This document shows positions 23,026 through 29,353 of a stretch of 29,353 bases of DNA, one piece after another. This stretch comes from a virus. The stretch spans positions 1 through 29,353 of the IMG/VR virus record IMGVR_UViG_3300045988_109387. One strand, given 5' to 3'. The notes under the pieces are model-generated. The model saw only the letters and a program-made list of their open reading frames with translations, did not search any database and had not been told where the DNA came from. Position 1 is the stretch's first letter, and every line of letters starts with the position of its first letter. The position numbers and the translations under genes were made by a program.

Positions 23026-23378
23026 CCAGCAACGTCAACCATCCAAAGCATTACACCTGCCGCAACATCGGCTACGAATGCATCGACATCACCCAATACC
23101 AGACCTTCTGCACCGGCAACGTCATCAAATACCTATGGAGGCACAACGGCAAAGGAACACCGCTGGAAGACCTCCAGAAAGCACGATGGTATGCGCACAG
23201 AGCCTCGACGATGCAGGAACAGGTCGACCTCAACATCGGATGCTGCAGGACGATACTGCTGAGACTCGTCGAGACCACGGGCGGATACGAATCCGCAGCA
23301 TGGTACGGACTACTGGAAAACGAATGGCATGCCGTGTTACACGCACTTGACACGATGGTAAAGGAGGAAAGCAAATGA
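23022..23378 (+). CDS. DUF3310-family protein
   Basis: I chose the ATG at 23022 (MTSNVNHPKHY...). NHPKHY...ECIDI...GNVIKYLWRHNGKGTPLEDLQKARWY matches the DUF3310 pattern. The upstream part of the longer track ORF overlaps 22591..23025 in another frame. Confidence 0.7.
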   Translation: MTSNVNHPKHYTCRNIGYECIDITQYQTFCTGNVIKYLWRHNGKGTPLEDLQKARWYAHRASTMQEQVDLNIGCCRTILLRLVETTGGYESAAWYGLLENEWHAVLHALDTMVKEESK

Positions 23379-23551
23379 CATACAGGCTCCATGACGTACC
23401 GCTCGAAAGGATCATGGTGGAACATTACCTCTTCGACCTCGAGCAGGATGTCGAAAAGACCGCCGAAATCCTCTCGATGGATGAGGACCGCGTCAGAGAG
23501 ATTTACGACAATTACATGAAATTCATCATGCCGATAGGGGGAGGCAAATGA
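23375..23551 (+). CDS. Small protein (58 aa), sigma region-4-like HTH (tentative)
   Basis: Hand translation gives MTYRLHDVPLERIMVEHYLFDLEQDVEKTAEILSMDEDRVREIYDNYMKFIMPIGGGK*. ATGA overlaps at both ends suggest coupling. It is below the ORF-track cutoff. Confidence 0.45.
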   Translation: MTYRLHDVPLERIMVEHYLFDLEQDVEKTAEILSMDEDRVREIYDNYMKFIMPIGGGK

Positions 23552-23718
23552 AGAAAGCGACGAGGAACCAGATCATCAAATGGTATGAGGACGGTCTGAC
23601 CGTCGACGAATTCGCGCCGCTCATCCCGCAATATTGTCGACAGGAAATCGAAGCCGTCATCAAGGAGTACAGGAAAGAGAAGGAATGGAACCGGCTGATT
23701 GGTGTCTCGCGTTCATGA
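23548..23718 (+). CDS. Small protein (56 aa), HTH-like (tentative)
   Basis: Hand translation gives MKKATRNQIIKWYEDGLTVDEFAPLIPQYCRQEIEAVIKEYRKEKEWNRLIGVSRS*. GGGGGAGG lies upstream. It is below the ORF-track cutoff. Confidence 0.45.
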   Translation: MKKATRNQIIKWYEDGLTVDEFAPLIPQYCRQEIEAVIKEYRKEKEWNRLIGVSRS

Positions 23719-23781
23719 TGATCGCACCCACGATACTTTTTTACTGCAGGAGACGATAAGAGCGAGAAATCGACGGTCTAC

Positions 23782-23811
23782 GGCGTGTCGCACTAACGTG
23801 GCACGCCTTTT
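23782..23811 (+). terminator. Hairpin plus TTTT built from the CGGCGTGTCG motif
   Basis: GGCGTG (23782-87) pairs with CACGCC (23802-07), then TTTT follows. The full motif is at 23781-23790. Confidence 0.5.
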
Positions 23812-23812
23812 A

Positions 23813-23821
23813 TGATATATT
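23813..23821 (+). promoter_or_regulatory. Extended -10 promoter PF (TGATATATT) with conserved leader
   Basis: 23811-23869 is ~83% identical (50/60 by hand alignment) to 27159-27218. This includes the leader hairpin CAAGC-aagga-GCTTG (23830-44). Confidence 0.55.
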
Positions 23822-23866
23822 AGACATATCAAGCAAGGAGCTTGGCAAACACAAAAGGAGCAACCA

Positions 23867-24223
23867 ATGAACACCATCACCACCGACGAAGTCAAAACCA
23901 TGATGCACAACATCGACGTCCGCCTCGACCAGAAAAGCCACTACGACACCGGCCACACACCCAAAGGCGTCATCTACCACGTCGGCGACCACAAATACGT
24001 CACACTCGACGACTACTCCCAAGCCTTCGAAGACTACGAATGGGACCACAACGGCGCGGAATGGGCATGCTACCTCTACACGCTCACCAAGAACAATCCG
24101 GAACGCATCGACTTCTACGCACAGGCATACAACATCGGAGGCATGGAAACCCTCGAAGTCATCTACAACAACGTCACGGAATCAACGCCGATGGCCGTCG
24201 TCTACCCAATCTACAAGCACTGA
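23867..24223 (+). CDS. Small acidic protein (118 aa), unknown function
   Basis: AAAAGGAG is the RBS. It is the first gene of the recombination unit, upstream of erf. Confidence 0.6.
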   Translation: MNTITTDEVKTMMHNIDVRLDQKSHYDTGHTPKGVIYHVGDHKYVTLDDYSQAFEDYEWDHNGAEWACYLYTLTKNNPERIDFYAQAYNIGGMETLEVIYNNVTESTPMAVVYPIYKH

Positions 24224-24254
24224 CATCCAACATAAGGCAGAAAAGGAACCAACC

Positions 24255-24857
24255 ATGGAAAACAACAACGCCAGCAACCTCAACCGGAAATTCGCCGAAG
24301 TCCTCAACGAAGTCCCGAACTTCAGCACCGATGAAACCGCCAACGCCGGAAGCCGCACCTACAAGTACCTCAACCTCGCCACGCTCCTCAAGAACATCAA
24401 ACCGATCTTCGCAAAGCACGGGCTCGCATTCACCCAAAAAGTAACCTTCGACGGCCCCGGAGATGGACGCCAGATCCTCGGAACCATCGAAACCATCATC
24501 TTCGACGACACCGACCAGATGACGGTCTGCGAATACCCCTTCTTCGTCACCGGAGACCCACAACAGGTCGGCAGCGCCATCACCTACGCACGCCGCTACA
24601 GTCTCACCACCATCCTCGGCATCTTCCCCGACAAGGACGACGACGGAAGCTACGCAAAACAGCAATACAACACCGCCGACAAGCCGATAGGAGCAGACCA
24701 GTACGCCACCCTCGTCAAAGCCATGGACGCACGCCACCTCCCAACCGAAGCACGAGGCGAATTCATCAGCGGCACACTCAACCGGCCCGTCAAAGGCTGG
24801 CGAGGAATCACCCAAGCAGACCTGACCAATCTCATGGACGCCATCAACAGAATGTGA
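24255..24857 (+). CDS. erf: ERF-family single-strand annealing protein
   Basis: 200 aa. YKYLNLATLLKNIKPIFAKHGLAFTQ...GSAITYARRYSLTTILGIFPDKDDDGS matches the ERF pattern. Confidence 0.8.
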   Translation: MENNNASNLNRKFAEVLNEVPNFSTDETANAGSRTYKYLNLATLLKNIKPIFAKHGLAFTQKVTFDGPGDGRQILGTIETIIFDDTDQMTVCEYPFFVTGDPQQVGSAITYARRYSLTTILGIFPDKDDDGSYAKQQYNTADKPIGADQYATLVKAMDARHLPTEARGEFISGTLNRPVKGWRGITQADLTNLMDAINRM

Positions 24858-24861
24858 CACA

Positions 24862-24890
24862 AGACCCCGGCACGCCACCGGGGTCTTTTC
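24862..24890 (+). terminator. Intrinsic terminator after erf
   Basis: AGACCCCGG-cacgcca-CCGGGGTCT followed by TTTTC. Confidence 0.75.
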
Positions 24891-24937
24891 CATATCCGAA
24901 TCACGACACGCCGTGTGTCATCCAACCACATACAAGC

Positions 24938-24946
24938 TGATATAAT
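24938..24946 (+). promoter_or_regulatory. Extended -10 promoter PG (TGATATAAT), with the motif in inverted orientation at 24904-24913
   Basis: CGACACGCCG is the reverse complement of CGGCGTGTCG. The downstream aaAGATATCAAcTTCAAGGA resembles the other leaders. Confidence 0.5.
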
Positions 24947-24977
24947 AAAGATATCAACTTCAAGGAAAGGACCAACA

Positions 24978-25880
24978 ATGAAAATCATCAACCTATCACA
25001 AGCCAACAACACCAACGCATGGCTCCAAGAACGCCTAGGCCGCATCACCGGCACCAAAAGCGGCAACCTAGCCCTAGACCACTACCAGCAAACCGACACC
25101 AAAAAAATCCTCGAATACCGAGACAAAGCACTCAAACAATCAAAAGAAGCAACAACAAGGGACGAAACCGAAGAACACTACCGGGCAGCACTGAAATACG
25201 ACGAACTGCTCGCCAAAACCGAAACCAAAAACAAACGCCTCAAAGTCGGCATCGACTTCTGGAAATTCCTAGCCGAAACCATGGCCGAACAGCCAGACGG
25301 AGAAAACCCCATGGAGCGCGGCCACAGACTCGAGCCTGAAAACATCCAACTCACCCTCCAACAACTCGGCTACAAGCAGGACAACTGCATCACCGACTGC
25401 GGCATCTGGGAAAGCGACGAAGACAACCGAATCGCCTGCAGCCCGGACGCCTACCAAGCATCCGAAAACCCAACATGGGCCATCGAATGCAAAAGCCTCG
25501 GAAGCGCCTACCACCTCCAAACCGTCATCCCATGGATGATCCACACACAACTCATCCGCCACCACACCCTACCCGACAACCTCGCCGACGCAGCCGCACA
25601 AGTACTCCCCCCAACAACCACAAGCCTCAACGCCACCGGCATGGACTTCATCCCCAGCACATACCGGGCACAAGTCCTCCAATACTTCGTCGTCTGCGAC
25701 ACACTCGAAACCCTCTACTTCAGCATGTACGACCCCCGCGTCTACGGCGACGCACGACACCAAATCATCCCAGTACACCGAAAGGATATCAAACCACTCA
25801 TCGCCGACCACAAACGCAAACAACTCAACGTCCTACATATCATCGACACCATCACCGAAGCAACAGGAGCATCATTCTAA
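24978..25880 (+). CDS. YqaJ-type (lambda Exo-like) recombination exonuclease
   Basis: I chose the ATG at 24978 because AAGGAAAGGA lies upstream. WLQERLGRITGTKSGN, SPDAY and ECKS fit a YqaJ / PD-(D/E)xK pattern, and the gene is paired with erf. Confidence 0.7.
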   Translation: MKIINLSQANNTNAWLQERLGRITGTKSGNLALDHYQQTDTKKILEYRDKALKQSKEATTRDETEEHYRAALKYDELLAKTETKNKRLKVGIDFWKFLAETMAEQPDGENPMERGHRLEPENIQLTLQQLGYKQDNCITDCGIWESDEDNRIACSPDAYQASENPTWAIECKSLGSAYHLQTVIPWMIHTQLIRHHTLPDNLADAAAQVLPPTTTSLNATGMDFIPSTYRAQVLQYFVVCDTLETLYFSMYDPRVYGDARHQIIPVHRKDIKPLIADHKRKQLNVLHIIDTITEATGASF

Positions 25881-26122
25881 TGACAATCGACACCCTCCTC
25901 AAAAGCCCAGACATCTACGTACTCTTCGACGGCTGCCCCACATGCAAACCAGAAGACGCAGCATTCCTCGACTCATGCCGCGCGGCAGCGCAATACATGC
26001 AGAAACAGCTCCAAGTCGTACCATCCGGCAGCCCCACCGCAACCGTCATCCGCACCATCGCCAAAAACCAAAACAAACCAATCGAATACCCACTGGTACT
26101 GTTCGACGGAAAAATCCACTAA
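25880..26122 (+). CDS. Glutaredoxin/NrdH-like small redox protein (tentative)
   Basis: 80 aa with a CPTC motif after a beta-strand-like IYVLFDG, and a C-terminal YPLVLFDGKIH. The start overlaps the exo stop (TAATG). Confidence 0.5.
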   Translation: MTIDTLLKSPDIYVLFDGCPTCKPEDAAFLDSCRAAAQYMQKQLQVVPSGSPTATVIRTIAKNQNKPIEYPLVLFDGKIH

Positions 26123-26163
26123 ACCCCAACCGAACCCATCAACAATAACGAAAGGACTGCAAA

Positions 26164-26499
26164 ATGAAAACCGAATGGTGGACCGCGGTCATCACCACAG
26201 GACTCACAGCCGGATACGCCACCACAGTAACGCAACTCTCCCCCGGCCCCGGTAACATCTTCTCCAAACTCCGGAAAAAGCTCACCGCCAAAACCGAAAA
26301 CGCAACCAATGAAACCATCCATAGTCTCAGCAGCCTCGCCTACTGCGGATGGTGCCTCAGCCCATACGCGACACTACCGGTATGGACGGCCGCGGCGAAA
26401 GCCTTCCATGTCCGCTTCGGTATCAAATGGTTAGCCGGACTGATGACAACCACGGCCATCGCAGCCTACTACCGACACCAAGCAGAAAGCAGGATCTGA
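26164..26499 (+). CDS. DUF1360-like membrane protein (tentative)
   Basis: 111 aa with hydrophobic segments and CGWCLSPYATLPVW, which is reminiscent of DUF1360. Confidence 0.45.
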   Translation: MKTEWWTAVITTGLTAGYATTVTQLSPGPGNIFSKLRKKLTAKTENATNETIHSLSSLAYCGWCLSPYATLPVWTAAAKAFHVRFGIKWLAGLMTTTAIAAYYRHQAESRI

Positions 26500-26786
26500 T
26501 GCACAACATCCCACAACTCCACGTCGTCACCATCCTCTCCCTATTCAAGGAGCCAATCACTCAAGAACACCTGACTTCAATAGCATCGACGCTCGGATAC
26601 CACGACACTCCGCAAAGCCTGAGAAGCCGCATGGTCGAACTCGAACGAGCAGGATACACCCACCGCGTCGACAGGAACGGGACAAGCATCAGGAAACGAC
26701 CATGCTGGCGATGGACACTCACCAAAAAAGGTCAGGAATACATGCAAGAACTCCTCGACATCACAACACCGGGCGAAAGGGAATAA
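26499..26786 (+). CDS. Winged-helix DNA-binding protein (tentative)
   Basis: The ATG at 26499 overlaps the upstream TGA by one base. LRSRMVELERAGYTHRVDRNGTSIRKRPCWRWTLTKKG looks like a wHTH wing. Confidence 0.5.
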   Translation: MHNIPQLHVVTILSLFKEPITQEHLTSIASTLGYHDTPQSLRSRMVELERAGYTHRVDRNGTSIRKRPCWRWTLTKKGQEYMQELLDITTPGERE

Positions 26787-26792
26787 GAAACC

Positions 26793-27119
26793 ATGGCAAC
26801 GGAACCATTCACCGCCATCATCAAAGGCGAGAAAGTCACGATCCACCAGAACGCCTATACCGGACTCTTCTATGCCATCACACGCAACGGCAGTCATACC
26901 CCAGTCGACTACGGGCTCATAAGAACGCAGACGACCAGCCTACAGCGACTCAAATACTGGCAACACCGTTTCGGATACACCCAAGCCGAACTCGCAAAAC
27001 TGATCCACGTATCCAGTCCGACCATCGTCATGATGTGGGAAAACGGGTTAAGACACCCACGCAAGGAATACCGACAGCGAATCAATGCCGAGCTCGGCGG
27101 CGACATCTTCTTTGAATGA
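26793..27119 (+). CDS. XRE-family (Cro/C1-type) HTH protein with an N-terminal extra domain
   Basis: 108 aa. FGYTQAELAKLIHVSSPTIVMMWENGLRHP is a typical HTH_XRE motif. Confidence 0.7.
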   Translation: MATEPFTAIIKGEKVTIHQNAYTGLFYAITRNGSHTPVDYGLIRTQTTSLQRLKYWQHRFGYTQAELAKLIHVSSPTIVMMWENGLRHPRKEYRQRINAELGGDIFFE

Positions 27120-27127
27120 CTCATCCT

Positions 27128-27156
27128 GCGGCGTGTCGCGTTCGAACACACGCCGC
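27128..27156 (+). terminator. Perfect 9-bp hairpin built from the motif, with a weak U tract
   Basis: GCGGCGTGT (27128-36) pairs with ACACGCCGC (27148-56), followed by ATTAT. It could equally be a dyad protein-binding site. Confidence 0.4.
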
Positions 27157-27160
27157 ATTA

Positions 27161-27169
27161 TGCTATACT
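27161..27169 (+). promoter_or_regulatory. Extended -10 promoter PH (TGCTATACT) with conserved leader
   Basis: Near-duplicate of PF. The leader hairpin CAAGC-aaaga-GCTTG is at 27178-92. Confidence 0.55.
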
Positions 27170-27215
27170 AAATACATCAAGCAAAGAGCTTGGCCAACAC
27201 AAAAAGGAACAAACA

Positions 27216-27485
27216 ATGGAAACCGTCAAATACCTCGCCACCATCATCAGCCTCATCATGCAACAACCAAAAATCGGCACCATCCTCGACGAAGACGGAC
27301 TCGACCCGGAAATCAACTACGGCAACATCGGCATCCAAGACTACCACGCCTTCATCGACCTCTATGGGCTCCTCAACGGCATTGAAGAAGTCGGAACCAC
27401 GCCAATCCACGAAATAGACAACGGTAACGGACACGACTTCACCATGACAGCCCCAATCACCATCCGCTTCTTCCACTGGAAGTAA
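27216..27485 (+). CDS. Small acidic protein (89 aa), stand-alone cassette
   Basis: It has its own promoter PH and a downstream hairpin. I recognise no motif. Confidence 0.55.
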   Translation: METVKYLATIISLIMQQPKIGTILDEDGLDPEINYGNIGIQDYHAFIDLYGLLNGIEEVGTTPIHEIDNGNGHDFTMTAPITIRFFHWK

Positions 27486-27501
27486 CCCCAGAACATACAG
27501 A

Positions 27502-27542
27502 AACGCCCCGCAGACGGCCGAACAAGCCGAACACGGGGCGTT
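27502..27542. terminator. Hairpin between convergent genes
   Basis: AACGCCCCG (27502-10) pairs with CGGGGCGTT (27534-42), with an inner CGGC/GCCG stem. The flanks are only modestly U-rich in both directions. Confidence 0.45.
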
Positions 27543-27559
27543 CTCATAACAGAGGCAGA

Positions 27560-27859
27560 TTAACGGCTCACACCGACATAATGCACGCCGAACAAGCCAG
27601 CCACACCAGAACCAACCAGCGCACAAGCACCACCAACCACGGCAACCCACGATGGGACACCCGGAACGGCACTCACAAGACTCGCAACGGCACCGGCAAT
27701 ACCCACCAGCCCGGACACCAAATACGCCCAACGACGAGTATCAACATCAAACGTCGGCACATAATTGTCCGAACCGTCCGCACACTCATTCGTCATCGCG
27801 GTGTCAATCGTCGGCTCACCAGTCAGCTCATCATCAGCCAACACCACATGCTTAGCCAT
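27560..27859 (-). CDS. Holin-like membrane protein (two C-terminal TM helices)
   Basis: I chose the ATG at 27859 because AAAGGA lies ~10 nt upstream. WAYLVSGLVGIAGAVASLVSAV and WVAVVGGACALVGSGVAGLFGV are TM-like. It lies immediately downstream of the endolysin. Confidence 0.5.
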   Translation of the reverse strand: MAKHVVLADDELTGEPTIDTAMTNECADGSDNYVPTFDVDTRRWAYLVSGLVGIAGAVASLVSAVPGVPSWVAVVGGACALVGSGVAGLFGVHYVGVSR

Positions 27860-27877
27860 AAACAACAATCCTTTCAA

Positions 27878-28720
27878 TCAGTCGAAAATACGACCGTCGT
27901 TAAGCCGCTTCTGGAACTCCTTCACGGCCATACTCGGGACAGGACTAATCATACCGTCACCCGGAAAACCGTTCATCTCCATAAGGAAACGGTGAATGAA
28001 CTCCGGACCAGCATTACGCGGACGATCCGTGATACCGAAACGATGCGACATCCACTCAACCCAATCACTACCAGAAGTACCCTCCTCCAAACAGGCGATA
28101 TTCTGATTCTCTAAACACTTGATCTGCCCGGACATGACACCGTCCACCGACGTGCCAGCCACCTCCTGAGCACGACGCATAGTCAAAGGGCCCCACGAAC
28201 CATCAACATTAAGCTTCGTCACCGACTGTGTAGCCGGCTGAGTAGGTATCGGATTCGAAGGAGCCACCAAACCACGAGCCAAACGATCCAACCGATCCAT
28301 ATCATACGAGCCCGGACACTGCGTAGAGGAACAATCCCGGTGACGGATCAACGGCAGATCACCATACTCGGCACGCAAATCACGAATCAAAGCGGCAATC
28401 GTCGCATAATCCCCATCCGACTGGCGAGGGTTACACTCGATACCAATGCCCATGTCATTGCCCTTCGAGCCGACGCCGACACCGTCACCGGCATGCCAAG
28501 CACGATCATCCGGGTCCACGATACAGGCCACACGGCCAGCCTCGGCCACATAATGAGCGGAAGCGCCACGACCTTTACTGCACAGGGTATTGATCACACC
28601 CTCGAACGTCGGATGCGTATTCGGATCACCCCACCAGTGGATCACAATATACTTGATCCCATACGGGCGACCACTCGTATAATTCGGACTATCATACTTC
28701 GTAATGTATTCATATGACAT
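27878..28720 (-). CDS. Endolysin: N-acetylmuramoyl-L-alanine amidase (Amidase_2/PGRP) plus a C-terminal wall-binding region
   Basis: I chose the ATG at 28720 (MSYEYITKYDSPNY...) because AAAGGAG lies 6 nt upstream. IVIHWWG, SAHYVAEAGR, AWHAG and the IRHRD...CPG motifs are present. LNVDGSWGPLTMRRAQE resembles a PG-binding repeat. Confidence 0.85.
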   Translation of the reverse strand: MSYEYITKYDSPNYTSGRPYGIKYIVIHWWGDPNTHPTFEGVINTLCSKGRGASAHYVAEAGRVACIVDPDDRAWHAGDGVGVGSKGNDMGIGIECNPRQSDGDYATIAALIRDLRAEYGDLPLIRHRDCSSTQCPGSYDMDRLDRLARGLVAPSNPIPTQPATQSVTKLNVDGSWGPLTMRRAQEVAGTSVDGVMSGQIKCLENQNIACLEEGTSGSDWVEWMSHRFGITDRPRNAGPEFIHRFLMEMNGFPGDGMISPVPSMAVKEFQKRLNDGRIFD

Positions 28721-28731
28721 ATTGTCTCCTT

Positions 28732-28881
28732 TCAGACAGTCAAAACATACCAAATGGTAAAAAGAAAACGTGCGAAAGCCGGAATCCCGGTAACAAGCAG
28801 ATAGCCAGCCACTACCATGACGCCGACAAGGAACGACGACAAGAGGATAAGCAAAACATTCTCGATAAATTCCTGACGCAT
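28732..28881 (-). CDS. Small two-TM protein (49 aa), holin candidate upstream of the endolysin
   Basis: Hand translation gives MRQEFIENVLLILLSSFLVGVMVVAGYLLVTGIPAFARFLFTIWYVLTV*. Its TGA lies within the endolysin RBS region. It has a weak RBS of its own and is below the track cutoff. Confidence 0.4.
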   Translation of the reverse strand: MRQEFIENVLLILLSSFLVGVMVVAGYLLVTGIPAFARFLFTIWYVLTV

Positions 28882-28922
28882 ATAACCAGCATACCAAAAC
28901 CACCTAAGATAAACTTAGTCAT

Positions 28923-29270
28923 ATGACCGAACTAATATCATCCATCATCGGACTCGCCGGCATAGCAGTAGGCGGCACCATCACATGGGCAAGCACCCGA
29001 CGCAACAACCTCACCACCGCCTACCAACACCTCGTCGAAGCCCAAGGCGAACTCAAAAAACAAATAGACGCACAAGACGAAAAAATCAACAAACTCGTCC
29101 AAACACGAGACGAACTCCAACACGTCAGCGACCTCGAAACAGGCTACATACGCTCACTAGGCCACTGGCTCGCCAAATTCTGCGAAATCATCGACGACAA
29201 GGAATTCCTCACACGCAACCCCAAACCATCACTACCAGACGAACTCAGAGACCGCATCTGCCCACTCTAA
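28923..29270 (+). CDS. Membrane-anchored coiled-coil protein (115 aa), opposite orientation to its neighbours
   Basis: It has an N-terminal TM segment (LISSIIGLAGIAVGGTITWA) followed by a coiled coil (QHLVEAQGELKKQIDAQDEKINKLVQTRDELQH). It ends 20 nt before the bidirectional terminator. Confidence 0.6.
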   Translation: MTELISSIIGLAGIAVGGTITWASTRRNNLTTAYQHLVEAQGELKKQIDAQDEKINKLVQTRDELQHVSDLETGYIRSLGHWLAKFCEIIDDKEFLTRNPKPSLPDELRDRICPL

Positions 29271-29285
29271 CCCCACACCAATACG

Positions 29286-29313
29286 AAAAACCCCGGCAAA
29301 CAACCGGGGCTTT
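29286..29313. terminator. Bidirectional terminator ending both the late operon and the 28923 gene
   Basis: AAAAA-CCCCGG-caaacaa-CCGGGG-CTTT. On the minus strand it is followed by TTTTTCG. Its right half is also present at 6-11 because of the terminal repeat. Confidence 0.75.
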
Positions 29314-29353
29314 ACCATATCAGACCGACCACGACAACGTCGCCGAAGTCCAC
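29299..29353. repeat. Terminal direct repeat, copy 2 (identical to 1..55)
   Basis: Exact 55/55 match to the start of the window. Confidence 0.9.

Noticed and set aside
27878-28903. Track ORF extending the endolysin to 341 aa.
   Set aside because: The 61 extra N-terminal residues are Cys/Arg-rich nonsense. A perfect AAAGGAG RBS precedes the internal ATG at 28720, where the amidase domain begins, and a separate 49-aa membrane ORF occupies the upstream DNA in another frame.

Overview
This window is a complete, circularly assembled tailed-phage genome of siphovirus type. The first 55 bp are repeated exactly at the end, so the unique length is 29,298 bp. The minus strand carries a small early block at 17015->15290: a leaderless HTH gene, a Bro-N/KilAC antirepressor, SSB and a small membrane ORF. 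It is followed by the late operon at 15254->22: TerS, TerL, a portal-MuF fusion, a prohead-protease/major-capsid fusion, a collagen-like mini-protein, connector proteins, a major tail protein with a Big_2 domain, G/T chaperones, tape measure, Dit, Tal and two fibre-like genes. A lysis cassette lies at 28881->27560. The plus strand (17343->27485) carries about 21 early/middle genes: dUTPase, DUF1064, a DnaD-like replisome organiser, a DnaC-like loader, DUF3310, ERF plus a YqaJ exonuclease, a Grx-like protein, HTH proteins and several small acidic ORFs. These are split into short units by terminator-promoter cassettes. I found no integrase, tRNA, CRISPR array or mobile element. Five things seem most worth follow-up. 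(1) An ~840-bp ORF-poor island (18448-19292) holds three 18-bp dyad sites at exact 23-bp spacing, further dyad repeats, GC hairpin repeats and a ~400-nt structured segment whose base skew is inverted relative to its flanks. (2) The 10-mer CGGCGTGTCG recurs in six intergenic regions, each near a conserved extended -10 promoter and leader. (3) A promoter-leader-terminator arrangement sits just upstream of the replication genes. (4) An intrinsic terminator lies directly against the terS start. (5) There is a very strong G+T versus A+C strand asymmetry that flips at about 5 kb (inside the tape-measure gene) and at about 17.29 kb, independent of gene orientation. All functional calls come from motif recognition by eye, and no database search was possible.
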